Part shown: piece after piece, positions 50,309 through 64,000 of the stretch | Layout: every line of letters starts with the position of its first letter | Numbering within the stretch: position 1 is the stretch's first letter | Assembly: GCA_016748015.1 (NCBI GenBank) | Contig: JAAOMT010000319.1 | Span: 1 to 64,000, forward strand | Reading direction: 5' to 3' | Length of the DNA: 64,000 nucleotides | DNA from: Geosiphon pyriformis uo1 | Taxonomy: Eukaryota; Fungi; Glomeromycota | The notes under the pieces: generated by a model | What the model was told of the DNA's origin: nothing | The model's input: the letters and a program-made list of their open reading frames with translations, nothing else | The model's database searches: none | Translations under genes and position numbers: made by a program

Positions 50309-52751
50309 ATGAAACGAGTTTTTCAATACTTTTATTCTGAAGCTAGAAGATTAAAGAGCAAACTTGACAAACCAAAAGCTAGAGTTTGACCACTGTTTAT
50401 TTCCAAAATTATTCCTTCAAGGTTTGCCAAACTGCCGTCTGACCTGACCAACAAGTCTTTGCCACAACTTCGGCACAAACCCTATTCTGGGTCAAAAGAC
50501 ACTCTTCCAGCAGGTTTTTCGACTACTATTTCTTATGGGCCTCTTAACAATACACGTATAGTAAAAACGGATATGAAAATCCTCTTGACAGAACAGGAAA
50601 CAAAAATATGCAATATCTTGACTGATGTTACTGAATTGTTGAAAAAAGATAAACCAAAAATGGCCGACTTAACTTTAAGAATTGCTGGTGGATGGGTTCG
50701 TGATAAAGTGAGCTTTTTTTACTCACAACTATTGATGATTCTGTACGTTTAAAGTGGGCTTCTTTGACTTTAGTCTTCCTCAATGTCTTGATTTTTCAAT
50801 TCAATACATCAGCTTCTCGGATTAGAGTGTGAACAAGTATCTTTGTGAAAACAACTACCCAGTAAGTTCAATAGGCAAAATTGAAAAAAATTCTGGTAGA
50901 TCGAAACATTTGCAGACCGCCGCAACAAAAGTATTTGGGCTTGAAGTAGATTTGTAAATTGAAGGAGTGAGGTTTATCAAGAGGATAGGCGAATCCCGAA
51001 GAAAGTCGTGAGTATTTTGAAAAAATCAAATGAATTATGGTGCGTCTATCTATTAAATCTAACCTTATATATAGGTTTTTGGTACACCAAAAGAAGATGC
51101 ATTGCGTCGGGATATCACGATCATTCTACAATATACATACGCGACAAGTTGAAGATTTCACAGAAAAAGTTTGTTTCTATGATAACAGATTTTACTGTTA
51201 ACGTTTTATCAAAAATCCCCTTAATAATCATTGAATTGATTAATGTTTTTGCAGGGTCTTGAGAATTTGTCGCTTGGATTGATTAGAACACCGCTTCCCG
51301 CATATCAAACATTCTTGGAGAATCCCCTACGTGTCCTTCGATGTATACGTTTCGCTAGTCGATTTCATTTCAGTATAGTGGATGAAATATTAGAAACTGT
51401 TAAAAATGAAGATATAAGGGTGAAACCAATTTTTATATCCCGGGTTGCACACGGCTGTTAAACCCTTATTCATATTTTGGTCTATTAAAGGTGGCTTTGT
51501 TGTCAAAGATTAGTAGAGAACGTGTGGGAATAGAGATTGATAAAATGATCAAAGGTGTGTATACTCTGTGAACAATATTCCTTTGCTTTTTGATTGTTTT
51601 CCACTCTAATAGTTATCCGATCATTCCAGCAAGTGATCCCCTACATTCTTTTGAACTCATTCAATCATTCAATCTTTATGAGATTATATTCATTCCACCA
51701 TCTCAAACGACAATAATTTCTGGAATTATTCATAAACCAATTATGGGTGTAAATGTCTCCAGAATCTTAAAATGGTGAGAATAAATAATTTGCTTCTCCG
51801 AGCAAAAAGGTAACTTCTAAACTCTTTAATTTGTTAATAGGTTAATTTCGTCAGGTGAAAGCACCCTTGATCCCGATATTTCCATTCGACCATTGGCAGA
51901 AGTCAGATCATTGTATCTTGCATCAATTCTAGTTCCTTATTTAAATGTGGTTGTACAAGATGGTAAAAGAGAAGTTCCAGCTGTTTCTTCAGTTATTCGA
52001 AAAAGCTTAAAGGTTTTGGCAATCCCTTTCATTAATAATTATTGGCACTCAGCAAATATGAATTATTGAATTTTAACTTGGATTTTTCAGCTACCAAATT
52101 CCGACATTGATAATATTACTAAATTATTTGATGCGATGGGGCCACTAAACTCGGCTGCAATCAAAAACGAAGCGACTCCTTTGGATAGGGTTTACCTCGG
52201 TAATCTTTATCTTATTGGAATTTTCTAAGAACGTAACTGGATTGATTAACTTTTTTTAATAGGCCTGTTGATATGAAAAATTGGAGATAAATGGCCAATG
52301 GCTTTAATTTTAGGACTAGCATTAGAGCTATTGCCGAAGGAAAAAGATATTGAATATCAGCCGAGTAAGTTGTTGTTGTGGTTTCTCAATCTTCATTTCT
52401 AATCTCAATCAAATTTTTCTTTTTGACTTTTGAAGCTTTAAATTAAAATAGTCTGCACATGATCCAAAGATTCAATAAACTGATAGATCGAATTAGAGAG
52501 TTAGTCTTGCAAGACTCCTACGAAATTAAGCCTATTATTAACGTAAGAATTGTTCGATGTTTTCTAAAAAATTCTATCTTGTTAAAGTAAATGAAATTTT
52601 GTAGGGTAAAGAAATCATCCAACTACTGGATATACGAATGAGACCAGGTTTTAAAGAGTACCAGCGATGGGTGTTGGAATGATAATTGGAACATCCTGAA
52701 GGAACAAAAGAAAAATGCAAAGAATACATAAAAGATAAATATAAAGAATAA
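50309..52751 (+). pseudogene. CCA1: CCA tRNA nucleotidyltransferase pseudogene
   Basis: LRIAGGWVRDK|LLG, SKHLQTA, GTPKEDALRRDITI, ENPLRVLRCIRFASRF, KISRERVGIEIDKM. The catalytic DxD segment is missing (LLGLEC joins directly to NKYL at ~50830). Frameshifts at ~50950 and ~51122; stops at 52274 and 52680-52685. Confidence 0.92.
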
Positions 52752-52823
52752 ACAGCTGAAGTCTTTTATAGAGGGCGATAATAGACACAGGTGGATTAGG
52801 ATAATGTAGGTCAGCCATCAAGG

Positions 52824-53563
52824 TTATCGCCGATGTCGCTTTACCAATTGAAATCCCTCTTCGTCTACAATAGGCGGTCGCGAATCACAAAAGTTATTTG
52901 TACTATTTCCCCTCCATTTCACTTGACCCAGTATACATTGATTCATCTTGGCCACTCACCTCGTTACTGTTCCCATCGCTACTATCATTGTCATTATCAA
53001 TCTTAGCTTTATTTGAAGTGGAAATCTGATTCATAAATCTTTGATGCCTTTCCTGTAACATGGTGACTGTAACATAGTAGCCTTCCACGCAGTCTTGATA
53101 CAAGTTTACTAAATCTTGGGATAACTGTAAGATGTGGACAAACGGATCAGTGATGAGAATATCTAACAATAAATTGATTTTCCTTTTTACCTGATATGCT
53201 GAATCATCTTCGAGCAGGGTATTGAATTCTTCTGTCATCACCAGGATAAGAATTGATTCAATATCCTCCGGATAAGTATCTTTTCAATCTATTTGTATGA
53301 GATCGAGAATTAATATGGTATTTTTTAAACTCTACGTATGTCTATATCCTAATGAACATTGAAAAATTCTCACTTTTCTCAAACTGCTCTACCACCACAC
53401 CAGCCAGCCACCCCCGCTTATCCTCGGAATCAACGCCACCCCATTGATCATCAACCGCCAGTTTTAAGGCAGTCCAGAAATGTAATAGAAGGGCTACCCC
53501 ATTCGAAAAGTGTGCAAGCGATTCGGAGGGAATATTCGGTCTTGCGTCGGTAGATGAAGACAT
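52824..53563 (-). pseudogene. TSR2: Pre-rRNA-processing protein Tsr2 pseudogene
   Basis: WTALKLAVDDQWGG (WGG domain), EEFNTLLEDDS and an acidic tail. C-terminal PIVDEEGFQLVKRHRR lies in a shifted frame. In-frame TGA at the start of exon 2 (~53284). Confidence 0.88.
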
Positions 53564-53685
53564 TGGGGCTATTATGATATGAGTAATAATTAGTTGGGCT
53601 CCAGAAAAAACCAAAATTTTGGACCAATAACATAATAGTTTTTGGGATAAATAGTCTGATCGCTGTCAATAACAATCATTCGCAA

Positions 53686-53758
53686 CGACGCGCCTCGACG
53701 CGTCGCACCGTTTTTTTGTTATTGTTTTTGATTGTCGATCCCCCTAACAATATATAAA
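53686..53758. promoter_or_regulatory. Probable bidirectional promoter with MCB-like ACGCGT elements and TATA box
   Basis: CGACGCG at 53686, palindrome CGACGCGTCG at 53696-53705 and TATATAAA at 53751-53758. It sits between TSR2 (minus strand) and the structured non-coding segment. Confidence 0.5.
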
Positions 53759-53789
53759 GGTCCTTTGAATCAGCCCAATTTCGTCTTTA

Positions 53790-55028
53790 TAACATGAAGA
53801 TAGGTTATTTCCTTTCACTTTGGTTCAATCCTTTTTTCTCTTTTTCATGGTTAAATATACTTATGTTCTTTACCCAGTTTCAATCACCTATTTTCAAAGT
53901 TTTCAGGTTATACTTTTATGTTACTTTTCCTTTGTTGTAAACCTCTTCCTCTACAGAATATTAATCTATACATTTCGTATGAGCTTTGGAATTCCGTGGC
54001 TTTTTCATCCCCATTTATTCATCCTTTTGCCCCTTGAGCTTTAGACACCTTATACCAAATGCGACAGTTTTCTTCTACCTGTGGTTCACCCGGGTTTGAC
54101 TTTTTGCTTTTTAGTCTTGAAAATGTTGGGAGCTTGCTCGGAATCGGTCCAAGTGTTTTACGGCCCAAGACAACTGCGAGTAGGTGTGACGGTAAAGAGA
54201 GCCACGGAATATCCTTTCAAATTTTCAGCTTTACCTTCCATTCGATTAGATTAAGGGCAGTATAAATGTTTTTTGTATTTTCCCCAACTGTTCGGATACT
54301 CACTGTCATTTTTCGGTTTTTGAATTTCCTCCTTACAAAATCCTTTGGTTTGTATTGGTAAGAAATTGCCTTTTGAAATGATTGTAAATGCCTAACTTTT
54401 TCATTATTTAACTCACTTCATATTCTTGACTTTGGGTTCGGAGCGGTCCTCGATCAATTTATGGGAGAAGTGCAAATATTCCAAAGCGGTTGGTGAGGCG
54501 GGACACCTCACAAACTGAGGACTTCCTACCTTGAAATTAAGGGCATGCCCCTGCAATTACAGGACATTTCTCCATGTTCAGTTACCTGCGTGTAGGATAT
54601 TGATTTTCTTTTCTTTTAGAAACGTTACAGTACACGAGACGCGAATGCTGCGTACGATCAGATTTTTCAGTTTTAATTGCAGACCCTGAGTTAGGGCTCT
54701 CCCAACTCCTAAGACTTAGACGAGGATTCGAGTCCCCCGTACTCCACCTTAGCGACACCATGATTCAGCCTATTAACTGTAATGGAGTATCAGGTGTGTG
54801 GGAAAGCGCCTTGTTCAACTTAATAGTTTTGACTTTAACACCTTAATAACTTTCTCGGTGCATTGGCCAAACTCACATCTGTCCAGTGGTTCGATGGTTT
54901 CTTTGGCTAGCTAATTTCCTCGTAAATTTTCACTCCATTCCCAACCTGGTTCTCTTGCCTCTCATCGGATTCGCCCATGGACCTGGTCTTAATTGCTCTC
55001 GCCTCACCGTGGCGACCAGGTGACAAAT
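53790..55028 (+). ncRNA. Candidate long structured ncRNA (telomerase-RNA-like layout, unconfirmed)
   Basis: Gene-sized, GC-elevated and without a credible ORF. Nested complementary segments 53991-54001/54200-54210, 54045-54050/54182-54187, 54065-54074/54167-54176, 54551-54559/54674-54682, 54740-54746/54783-54789 and 54981-54988/55014-55021, the last followed by ACA. Confidence 0.4.
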
Positions 55029-55302
55029 AATTTATTAATGAATTATTTGGCTAAGAAGAGCACGATAAAATTGCCATGGGAAGATTGAATAGCTTTTTGT
55101 AATTCATCTCAATAACTATTTAATTATAAATATATCCAAAAATGTAAAACTAATTTCGTCTGAAAAATTCACATTTGCATTTCTTGAGCACCTATAATAA
55201 ATAAATAAGCTATTATCAATTATTTTAACCCAAAATTTACATGATATTAAAGAGAGAAAATGTTGTGTCCCGTCTTGGATTAGCATTTCAATTCTGTATA
55301 AT

Positions 55303-57588
<2,286 letters not shown>

Positions 57589-58059
57589 AGCTCAAATGCT
57601 GCTTGTGGAGCCAAGCTGTTTATTTACACGAGGGAAAATCCAACCTAATTATACGATCTATAAGCGGTATCTATGTCAATAGAACGTCAAAGGTCAAGTC
57701 CTGAAGTAGCAGAATGTGATATTTATATTATGCGGAGAAATTTCTGAGGTGCTGGTGATCTCTATTTTAGAGTTTCGAAAGTCACCGATCATGATTATCC
57801 CATGGTTTGACTACTCTATTCAATAGTAACCTACCATATTGATAAATCTGGTAGAAGTTAATTGAACATTAACCAAAAAGCGAGTTTACTCGCACGCGAG
57901 GCAATTAAATTAAATAAACTTTTATTTTTTCTAGATTATATTTGATACTATTAGGTAAATTAAGTAGTAATACCAAATATTTATAATTAATAAATGAATA
58001 CAATTTTATTTTATAATTATGATCATATTTTGATGATCAATCCGAAATTTGGAATTGTA

Positions 58060-59500
58060 TATAAAACGATTTTATTAATTAAAATAAAATTATATATTTA
58101 TTCAATATAAATTTGATTTAATTCTTCTAAAATACTATCTGGAAATCTTCAGAGACTTGTATTTTTTAACTGCATATTCTGTAAATTCCTTTTCTATATA
58201 ACCAAGTTTTTCTAGCAAATCTTCTAATTGTAATTGAAAGACACAGATTCGAAACTTTAAAGTAGAATTTGTTGCAATTTTGTTTATAAATAATCACAAT
58301 TTTCTCTAACATAGTGTTTGGCTGCTTCCAATGTTTCTCAATAAAATTCAGTTCACAATGAAATTTAAAATAAAAAATACATTTATGTTTTGCTTTTTCA
58401 ATTACTTCTGCAATTGCACTTTTTTGTGTTAAAAAATCTGGCTCTAAAAAAATTGCTTAGTATATACAACAAAAAGTGTTATAGTTTTTGTTTTTGCATT
58501 CTTTAGATTCAATCATAAGTTCTTTTAATAGCCATTTTTCTCTTTTTAATAAAATATAAGCATTTTTTTATAATTTTTTATTAAAATAATTAATGAAAAT
58601 ACTATTAATTAATTTTGATTATTTGATTTAAAATAAGCATTATGCATCTTTGGTTGTTTTTTATTAGGTTTAAAACATATTTGCTGTGTAATTAAAGTAA
58701 TTTTTTGGTATATTGCATAATTTAAACTGTAATAAAAAGCAATAATGTCTATACAATTTAGATAAAGTTCTTTAAAAATTAAAATTGCTTTTTTTAATTG
58801 TTTAATTATTTAATTAAATATTCAATAATTTAATATCTTTATTATTATTTTTAGCTTTAAATAACAACATGGTTTTTTTGAAATTGTTAGATAATTTTGA
58901 ATATAAGCAAGTTTAAGTTGTAATTCTTTATTCATTTTTGTAAAAAATTTATTAATTATAATTAATTTTTTTGTATAATAGCAATTTTTTATGATTATTA
59001 TAAAAGATTTTTACTTAATAAAATAAGTTAATATAAAGTAATTCTGACTATTTTTTGTGATTTTTATATTTATTAAAATAATTTTTCTTTTTTTTTATAA
59101 TTACATTTAGAGCAAAAAATAAAATAATTGTAACTTTTATTTTTGATATTGTTTTTACCAATTTTAATGTTTAAAAAAAATTTTAATGTAAAAACAATTA
59201 AATAACACTTTTTCAAAATGGTTTGTTAAGTAATATAGAATTAAAGTAATCTTTAACTGTTGTTAAAACACTATTTTGTGGCTTTAAGTAGAAGTTTTTT
59301 TTATTTAAGAATTTTTTTAAATAACTAACTAAATATAATTATTATTATTACAAAAAATTTTAAAGTTTTTAATAACAAATTGGTAATAAACTTTTTTTTG
59401 TTATTTTTCATATATCTGTTTAAATAACTAAAAAAGCCAAAATAATAATTTTTTTTAAAATCGGTATTTTTTTTATAAAAAATAAAATATTGGTTTTATT
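58060..59500 (-). mobile_element. Highly degenerate IS630/Tc1-like (PKFHCELNFIE-type) transposase relic
   Basis: Minus-strand reading of ~58200-58450 gives PDFLTQKSAIAEVIEKAKHKCIFYFKFHCELNFIEKHW..AKHYVRENCDY...IRRFARKTW. Boundaries are approximate. Confidence 0.7.
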
Positions 59501-62270
59501 TAGTTTTTTCATATTTACAATAATTTTATAGTAAATATACTAATTATAATATCTAATTTGAATTTAATTATAAACAAAAATTTTTTTATTTAAATATTAA
59601 TAATAATATGTTTGTTAAAATTGGCTTTAATTAATATAGAATTAAATTGCTTAATATATTAAATTTTTTTCAATTCTAAAAGCTAAACAATTTATATTTC
59701 TATAATAAAACTAATTCCATTATAAAGAAAGAATATAATTAACAGATAATAACACATACTAATATAAAATAGTAAATAATAATAAAAAATAGTATAAAAT
59801 AATTAGTAATATATTAAATAGCAAAAAATAACAATAAATAACAAATTATGATAAGTAATAACAAAATAGTATAAAAATAACAAAATTTTAAAAGTTATTT
59901 CATAAAACAAAAAATATGTATATATATAAATAATTTTAATTTAAAAAAAAATTTAATTGTTAATATTGTTTTTAATATTAAAGTTTGAGTTATTTGGATT
60001 TAAATTATATAATTTTTTTTTAGACTAATAAAATCTGTAATTGGTTTTAAAATCTTTATAATTATTTTATTTATAAAAAGTTATATGTAAAAACTGTTGT
60101 TTTTTTGGTTTTTTTGTTATTGGTATTAATTTTTTAGTTGACTTTAAATTGGCTTTTTTAAAATTTATTTTGAATAAAATTTATATTATTTATAAGTTTA
60201 TTAATGTTTTGGTTGTTTTAATTATTAAATTAATAAGTGATTTTTTCTTAATATTAAAATAAAAAAGAAATTTATTGTAATTAAAAAGAATATTAGCATT
60301 TTTAGAAAAATTGTTAATTTGAATAAAAAAATTATGATTTTTAAAATAAAATATAAAATAAATAGTTTACCAAATAATAATATATTTAATAATAATTCAT
60401 ATTTTTTTGTTAATAAAAAATAAATTTTGCGAAAATAATAATACTTTGAAATCTATAAACTTTTAATATCAAATTTAATGCAAATAAAACTGTTGTATGA
60501 TTAACTGGTTTGGTTTTTGGTAGTAATAATTTGGTTGGGGTTATGCAAAAAATGGCATTTTTGAATAAGTTTTTTTTTTGTAAATTTAATTTAGTTTAAT
60601 CTTAATTGGTTTAAGTAACTAATCATATTAAAAAACATATAAATTATATTTAATTTAGAGTATTTTTCAATTATATTTTATTAAATAGTAATTGAATTAC
60701 ACTTAGTTAAATTAATTATAAAGTTTTTTTTCGTTTTAACAAAGTTTTTGGAGTTTTAAAAACTAATACTGTTTTTTATTTTTTTGTTTAAGATTTTTTT
60801 TTAATATTATATAGTGTTATTTAATTGATTTAAGTAGTTAATTACATATAAAAAAGTATATGTTTATTATGTATATTATTATATTAGTAAATAACATTGT
60901 AAAAATAGCATAGGTGTAGATTATGCGCTTTCTACACGTGACCACACACACCAGCATCATTTTAATAGATTAATTTATATCTCCAAAACTGATCGCGATT
61001 GGATTCATTCCGTTAATCCGACTTGAATTGGAAATCCTCTTCTTCCTTTTCCTCTTTTTCCATTTCAGCAGTTAAATACTCATTGAGACCCTTTTGTAGT
61101 ACTATTAAGGCATTTGTGAGTCTTCTATTATGATTTTTCTTTTGAGATTAGAAAATTAGTAGTTTGCCGAACATTACTGAATCAAGGTCAATTATAAAGA
61201 GCTTCTTTCCTTCTCTATATGCAATTCATATTAAGAAGCGTCAATAATTTTATGCGTAATAAACTTTTAGATTTCATTTAAATTTCGCGTCACGAAGTTG
61301 GTATGGATTAACATGACTGGTTTCTTTAAAAAGAACACGATTCTCATTACCATAGAATAATGATCAGGAGATGGTCCCCATCAACATGCATGGATGGAGA
61401 TAGGATTCAACAACGTTCCTATGAGGATGCCAATGAAAGCACAGATAAAAATATGGGAATGAGACTCATGGGAATGATGCCAAGGCATAACGAGATGATG
61501 TCGCTTTCAAGCCCTGAAAAGCCCTTGAAACCAATTACCTTCAAACAAACTGAGCACATTCTTTCCTTTGCATACCGGCTAACTCTTTTTTTCATATTCG
61601 GCCCGTTGTAAAGAAAAACTTTAAATCTAATAGCCTTTAATTTCCTTTGACTTTTTCTCGCATATTAAATACAACATGTTATTATCTCTTCGATATATTC
61701 GATCATAGTAAGCGGAAATATTTATCTTCTATTCATTATAATTAATTTATAATTTATTGTGGCAACAACCTACTACCTAGGGGTGACTAGAAAACAATTG
61801 AAATAACAAACTCAGAAACAACAGCAACGACAAAAACCAGGGAAAAGTGAATTTTAAAGCGATTATATACATTCCATTTCTGGATAGATTATCATCGGCT
61901 ATTTACTAACTCAGGTTTTAAAATATAAATATAAATATGTCACATGTATTTTTGATTTATTAAACATCTCTGCAATAATAAAACATAACAAGTCAGGAAA
62001 TTAGAAATTTCAAATAGCCTAAATCAATCATGAATCAATACAAAATTAAGCAAATAAAGTCTTTTGATTAACCATTTTTGTAAGACCAATATTGGCCATT
62101 CATAAACGTTTCGCTGCCCAAATATTTAAGAGCGTAGAGCCGAGCTGATTTGTTTTGGTCATTGTATAAACTCCGTCACCATTATCTATTGGCCGCTGTT
62201 ATCCTTCGTGTCAATAGAAAAGTACCCATTGTGATTTTTCTTTTGCAAAGAAAATATTTTTGTAGTTGAC

Positions 62271-62790
62271 ATGGAAAAAATACTTGCGAGACGATGGTCA
62301 GCGACACTATCGAGATTCATATAACGAAAATGAGGATATTTTTTCCGGGTTATCACATGACATAATGTTAAAAATCTTATGCTTGTTGAATGAGCGAGAT
62401 ATTTTTTCTGTTGCTCTAGTAATGTCTCATAAAATTTTGTTTTGTATATCTCAAAGGAAAATTGTAAATAATTTATGTATTTAACCAAAAAATTTTGCTA
62501 TTAATCAGGTTAACAAAAACTAGTTTTCGCATACCAAAGATAATTAATAGTGGGACATAATTTTTATGTTACGTTTTGGAGATGAAGAGAATGGAAAGGG
62601 ACAAAGCTTTAAATCTAGTGATGATGAAGAGCAGGAGGAACAGGAAGATGATGAAGATGAAGAGGAGGAGGAACAGGGACAGGAAGATGTACGAAATAGA
62701 CCTGAAAAAGATCCAAAAGAAGATAGATGAGGAAAAAACAGAAATTGATTGGCGTAAATTATACAAAAAATTAGGTAAGAGGTGGTAATT
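62271..62790 (+). pseudogene. F-box protein pseudogene with acidic tract
   Basis: DIFSGLSHDIMLKILCLLNERDIFSVAL | intron | VNKN*FSHTKDN**WDIIF...DDEEQEEQEDDEDEEEEE...IDWRKLYKK, with several stops and frameshifts. Confidence 0.7.
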
Positions 62791-63821
62791 TTTTTGTCTC
62801 CTCAATTTATATAATCAAAGGAATAAAGTTGGAATAATATTAACATGGATCGAATTACTCCTTTTTAGCGGGAAACCTAATATCCTACGTTGCAAAAGAA
62901 AGACAGATTATTTGGATTGAAAGCAGTGCTTATTGGGTAATTGAAAATGATAAAGAGAGGTGATTATCTTCATTTATTTCTCTCCCAAATTTTGATTAAA
63001 AGTTAATAACTTTTAATTTTAATAAAAGTAAATTTGGAAAAATTGCGCGATTCAACCATGTTTGGTGATTTAATTAGAACTCACTTATTAGGGATTTTCT
63101 TAGCAGTAGACTATAAACCTTTGATTATTTTTTATAATTAATAATAGAGAAGGTATTTATTAAAAAAATAATTGATAATGTCCAAGACCAAACCACTTGG
63201 AAAGCTTGCTTGAAAAAAACTTGTTTGCTAGATTTTTCAGGTTAAAAAAAGGTTCTTGTGGTTATTTAATGAGATAGTTTTGCTCTCTTTTCTCTTAACC
63301 GTTTTAGTTCCAAGTAGATTTTTTAAGTTATCCCCCCTCTTTATGACAAAAGATTTTCCAGCCATCCCGATTACTCTCTTTTTCATTAGTTCAGTAAGAA
63401 ACTCTGTTTAGTCTACTTCACCCATTACTGGCTGCGAATAAACCTCTTATGGCATTTATCACATTTTTGCTTTTGATCCATGTCTAGCTGTTAATTCTTA
63501 TTGTCCTATTAATAGCATCGAAGTAGAGTAATTTAAATTGATTTTTCCTAATCGTCAAGACATTAAATTTATCCAAAAAAGAAAGCAGACAAAAAAACTC
63601 TTAATGGTATTCATAGAACGCTCTTGTATGATGCGTCATGAGATGAAAGGATGTATAATAAAAAGTAGCATTATCCTACAAAAAAGATGCCAAAGTTATT
63701 ATGAACAGATAAGTGCTTGAAAAAAAGAAAGTCAAATAAAGGAATGAGAGGTCATTTTTAAAGAGATTATTGAGTATCTTTGGATGAATAGAAAACAAAC
63801 TTATAATTACTTACCTATTAT

Positions 63822-64000
63822 TCACTTCTTTCCTTTTCTTTTGGTGCCATCTGGCAAGACATTATGATAAGCTCCATAACGTCCACTAGGGTATTCGACA
63901 TCCCAGTGGGGGCCACTATGAGAATTAGGATTCCCTGGGTCACGTCCTGTCGGAACCCAAACACTCCCGTCTTTGTGGGGGTATCCTTTTTTGTGACTAT
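63822..64000 (-). CDS. C-terminus of a polymorphic-toxin-like domain (Ntox37-like predicted RNase); gene continues beyond the window
   Basis: Minus-strand frame reads SHKKGYPHKDGSVWVPTGRDPGNPNSHSGPHWDVEYPSGRYGAYHNVLPDGTKRKGKK* (TGA at 63822-63824). From memory this matches the G[YW]PxKxGxVWVPTG...HxGPHWDV..P.G..Y.NV.P.G pattern of bacterial toxin-37 domains. It is absent from the ORF track because the start lies outside the window. Confidence 0.75.
   Translation of the reverse strand, partial: SHKKGYPHKDGSVWVPTGRDPGNPNSHSGPHWDVEYPSGRYGAYHNVLPDGTKRKGKK

Noticed and set aside
53737-53749. CCCCTAAC as a telomerase template or telomeric seed
   Set aside because: It is only one repeat unit and lies upstream of the TATA box. 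The minus-strand CCCTAACTC at 54688-54696 is imperfect and has no evident supporting core structure.
54515-54540. Hammerhead ribozyme core (CTGAGGA...GAAA)
   Set aside because: Stem II cannot form, and no cleavage triplet with stems I and III was found.
54433-54749. One-piece bacterial tmRNA (endosymbiont-derived insert)
   Set aside because: The 3' end is tmRNA-like, but the 5' GGGG...GAC match is poor and there is no tag reading frame. Kept only as a tRNA-like module.
54495-54775. Group I intron or RNase P/MRP RNA (GCGGGACACC; ATTCAGCCTA resembling CR-V)
   Set aside because: No matching R/S elements and no CR-I/P4 partner found by eye.
61360-61611. 83-aa plus-strand ORF
   Set aside because: No recognisable motif. 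Splice-like signals point to the minus strand, where the frames are interrupted. At best an unidentifiable gene relic.
63818-64000. Alternative open minus-strand frame IVTKKDTPTKTGVFG...KERSE*
   Set aside because: No motif. The overlapping frame carries the conserved W/H/D/G toxin-like pattern.

Overview
AT-rich, intron-containing eukaryotic DNA that looks like a Glomeromycotina fungus. The LINE ORFs resemble Geosiphon pyriformis families as I recall them, and the HRDLHSGN-type kinases and MGxC methyltransferases fit the group; this assignment is inference only. 1-17.7 kb is a retroelement cluster. It holds a full-length decayed LINE (RRM/CCHC ORF1; APE-RT-RNase H ORF2), a 2.3 kb ORF1-only 'half-LINE' with an 11-bp TSD, and a heavily AT-drifted LINE on the minus strand carrying a nested solo LTR. 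21.8-48.5 kb holds two tandem MGxC-anchored SAM methyltransferases, a 7TM receptor, a secreted NPC-type phospholipase C, an inverted kinase pair around a Q/N-rich orphan, and Tc1 and hAT elements. 49.1-57.6 kb is a compact block of conserved housekeeping genes (TMEM70-like, CCA1, TSR2, MPK1/SLT2), all broken. Between TSR2 and MPK1 lies a ~1.3 kb non-coding structured segment with telomerase-RNA-like geometry. The last 180 bp encode, on the minus strand and absent from the ORF track, the C-terminus of a bacterial polymorphic-toxin-like domain (Ntox37-like), followed by a spliceosomal donor site. The main leads are the toxin domain, the candidate telomerase RNA, the HAL1-like element, the dead housekeeping block, and CpA/CpG-biased hypermutation of the LINEs. 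All alignments and folds were done by eye.
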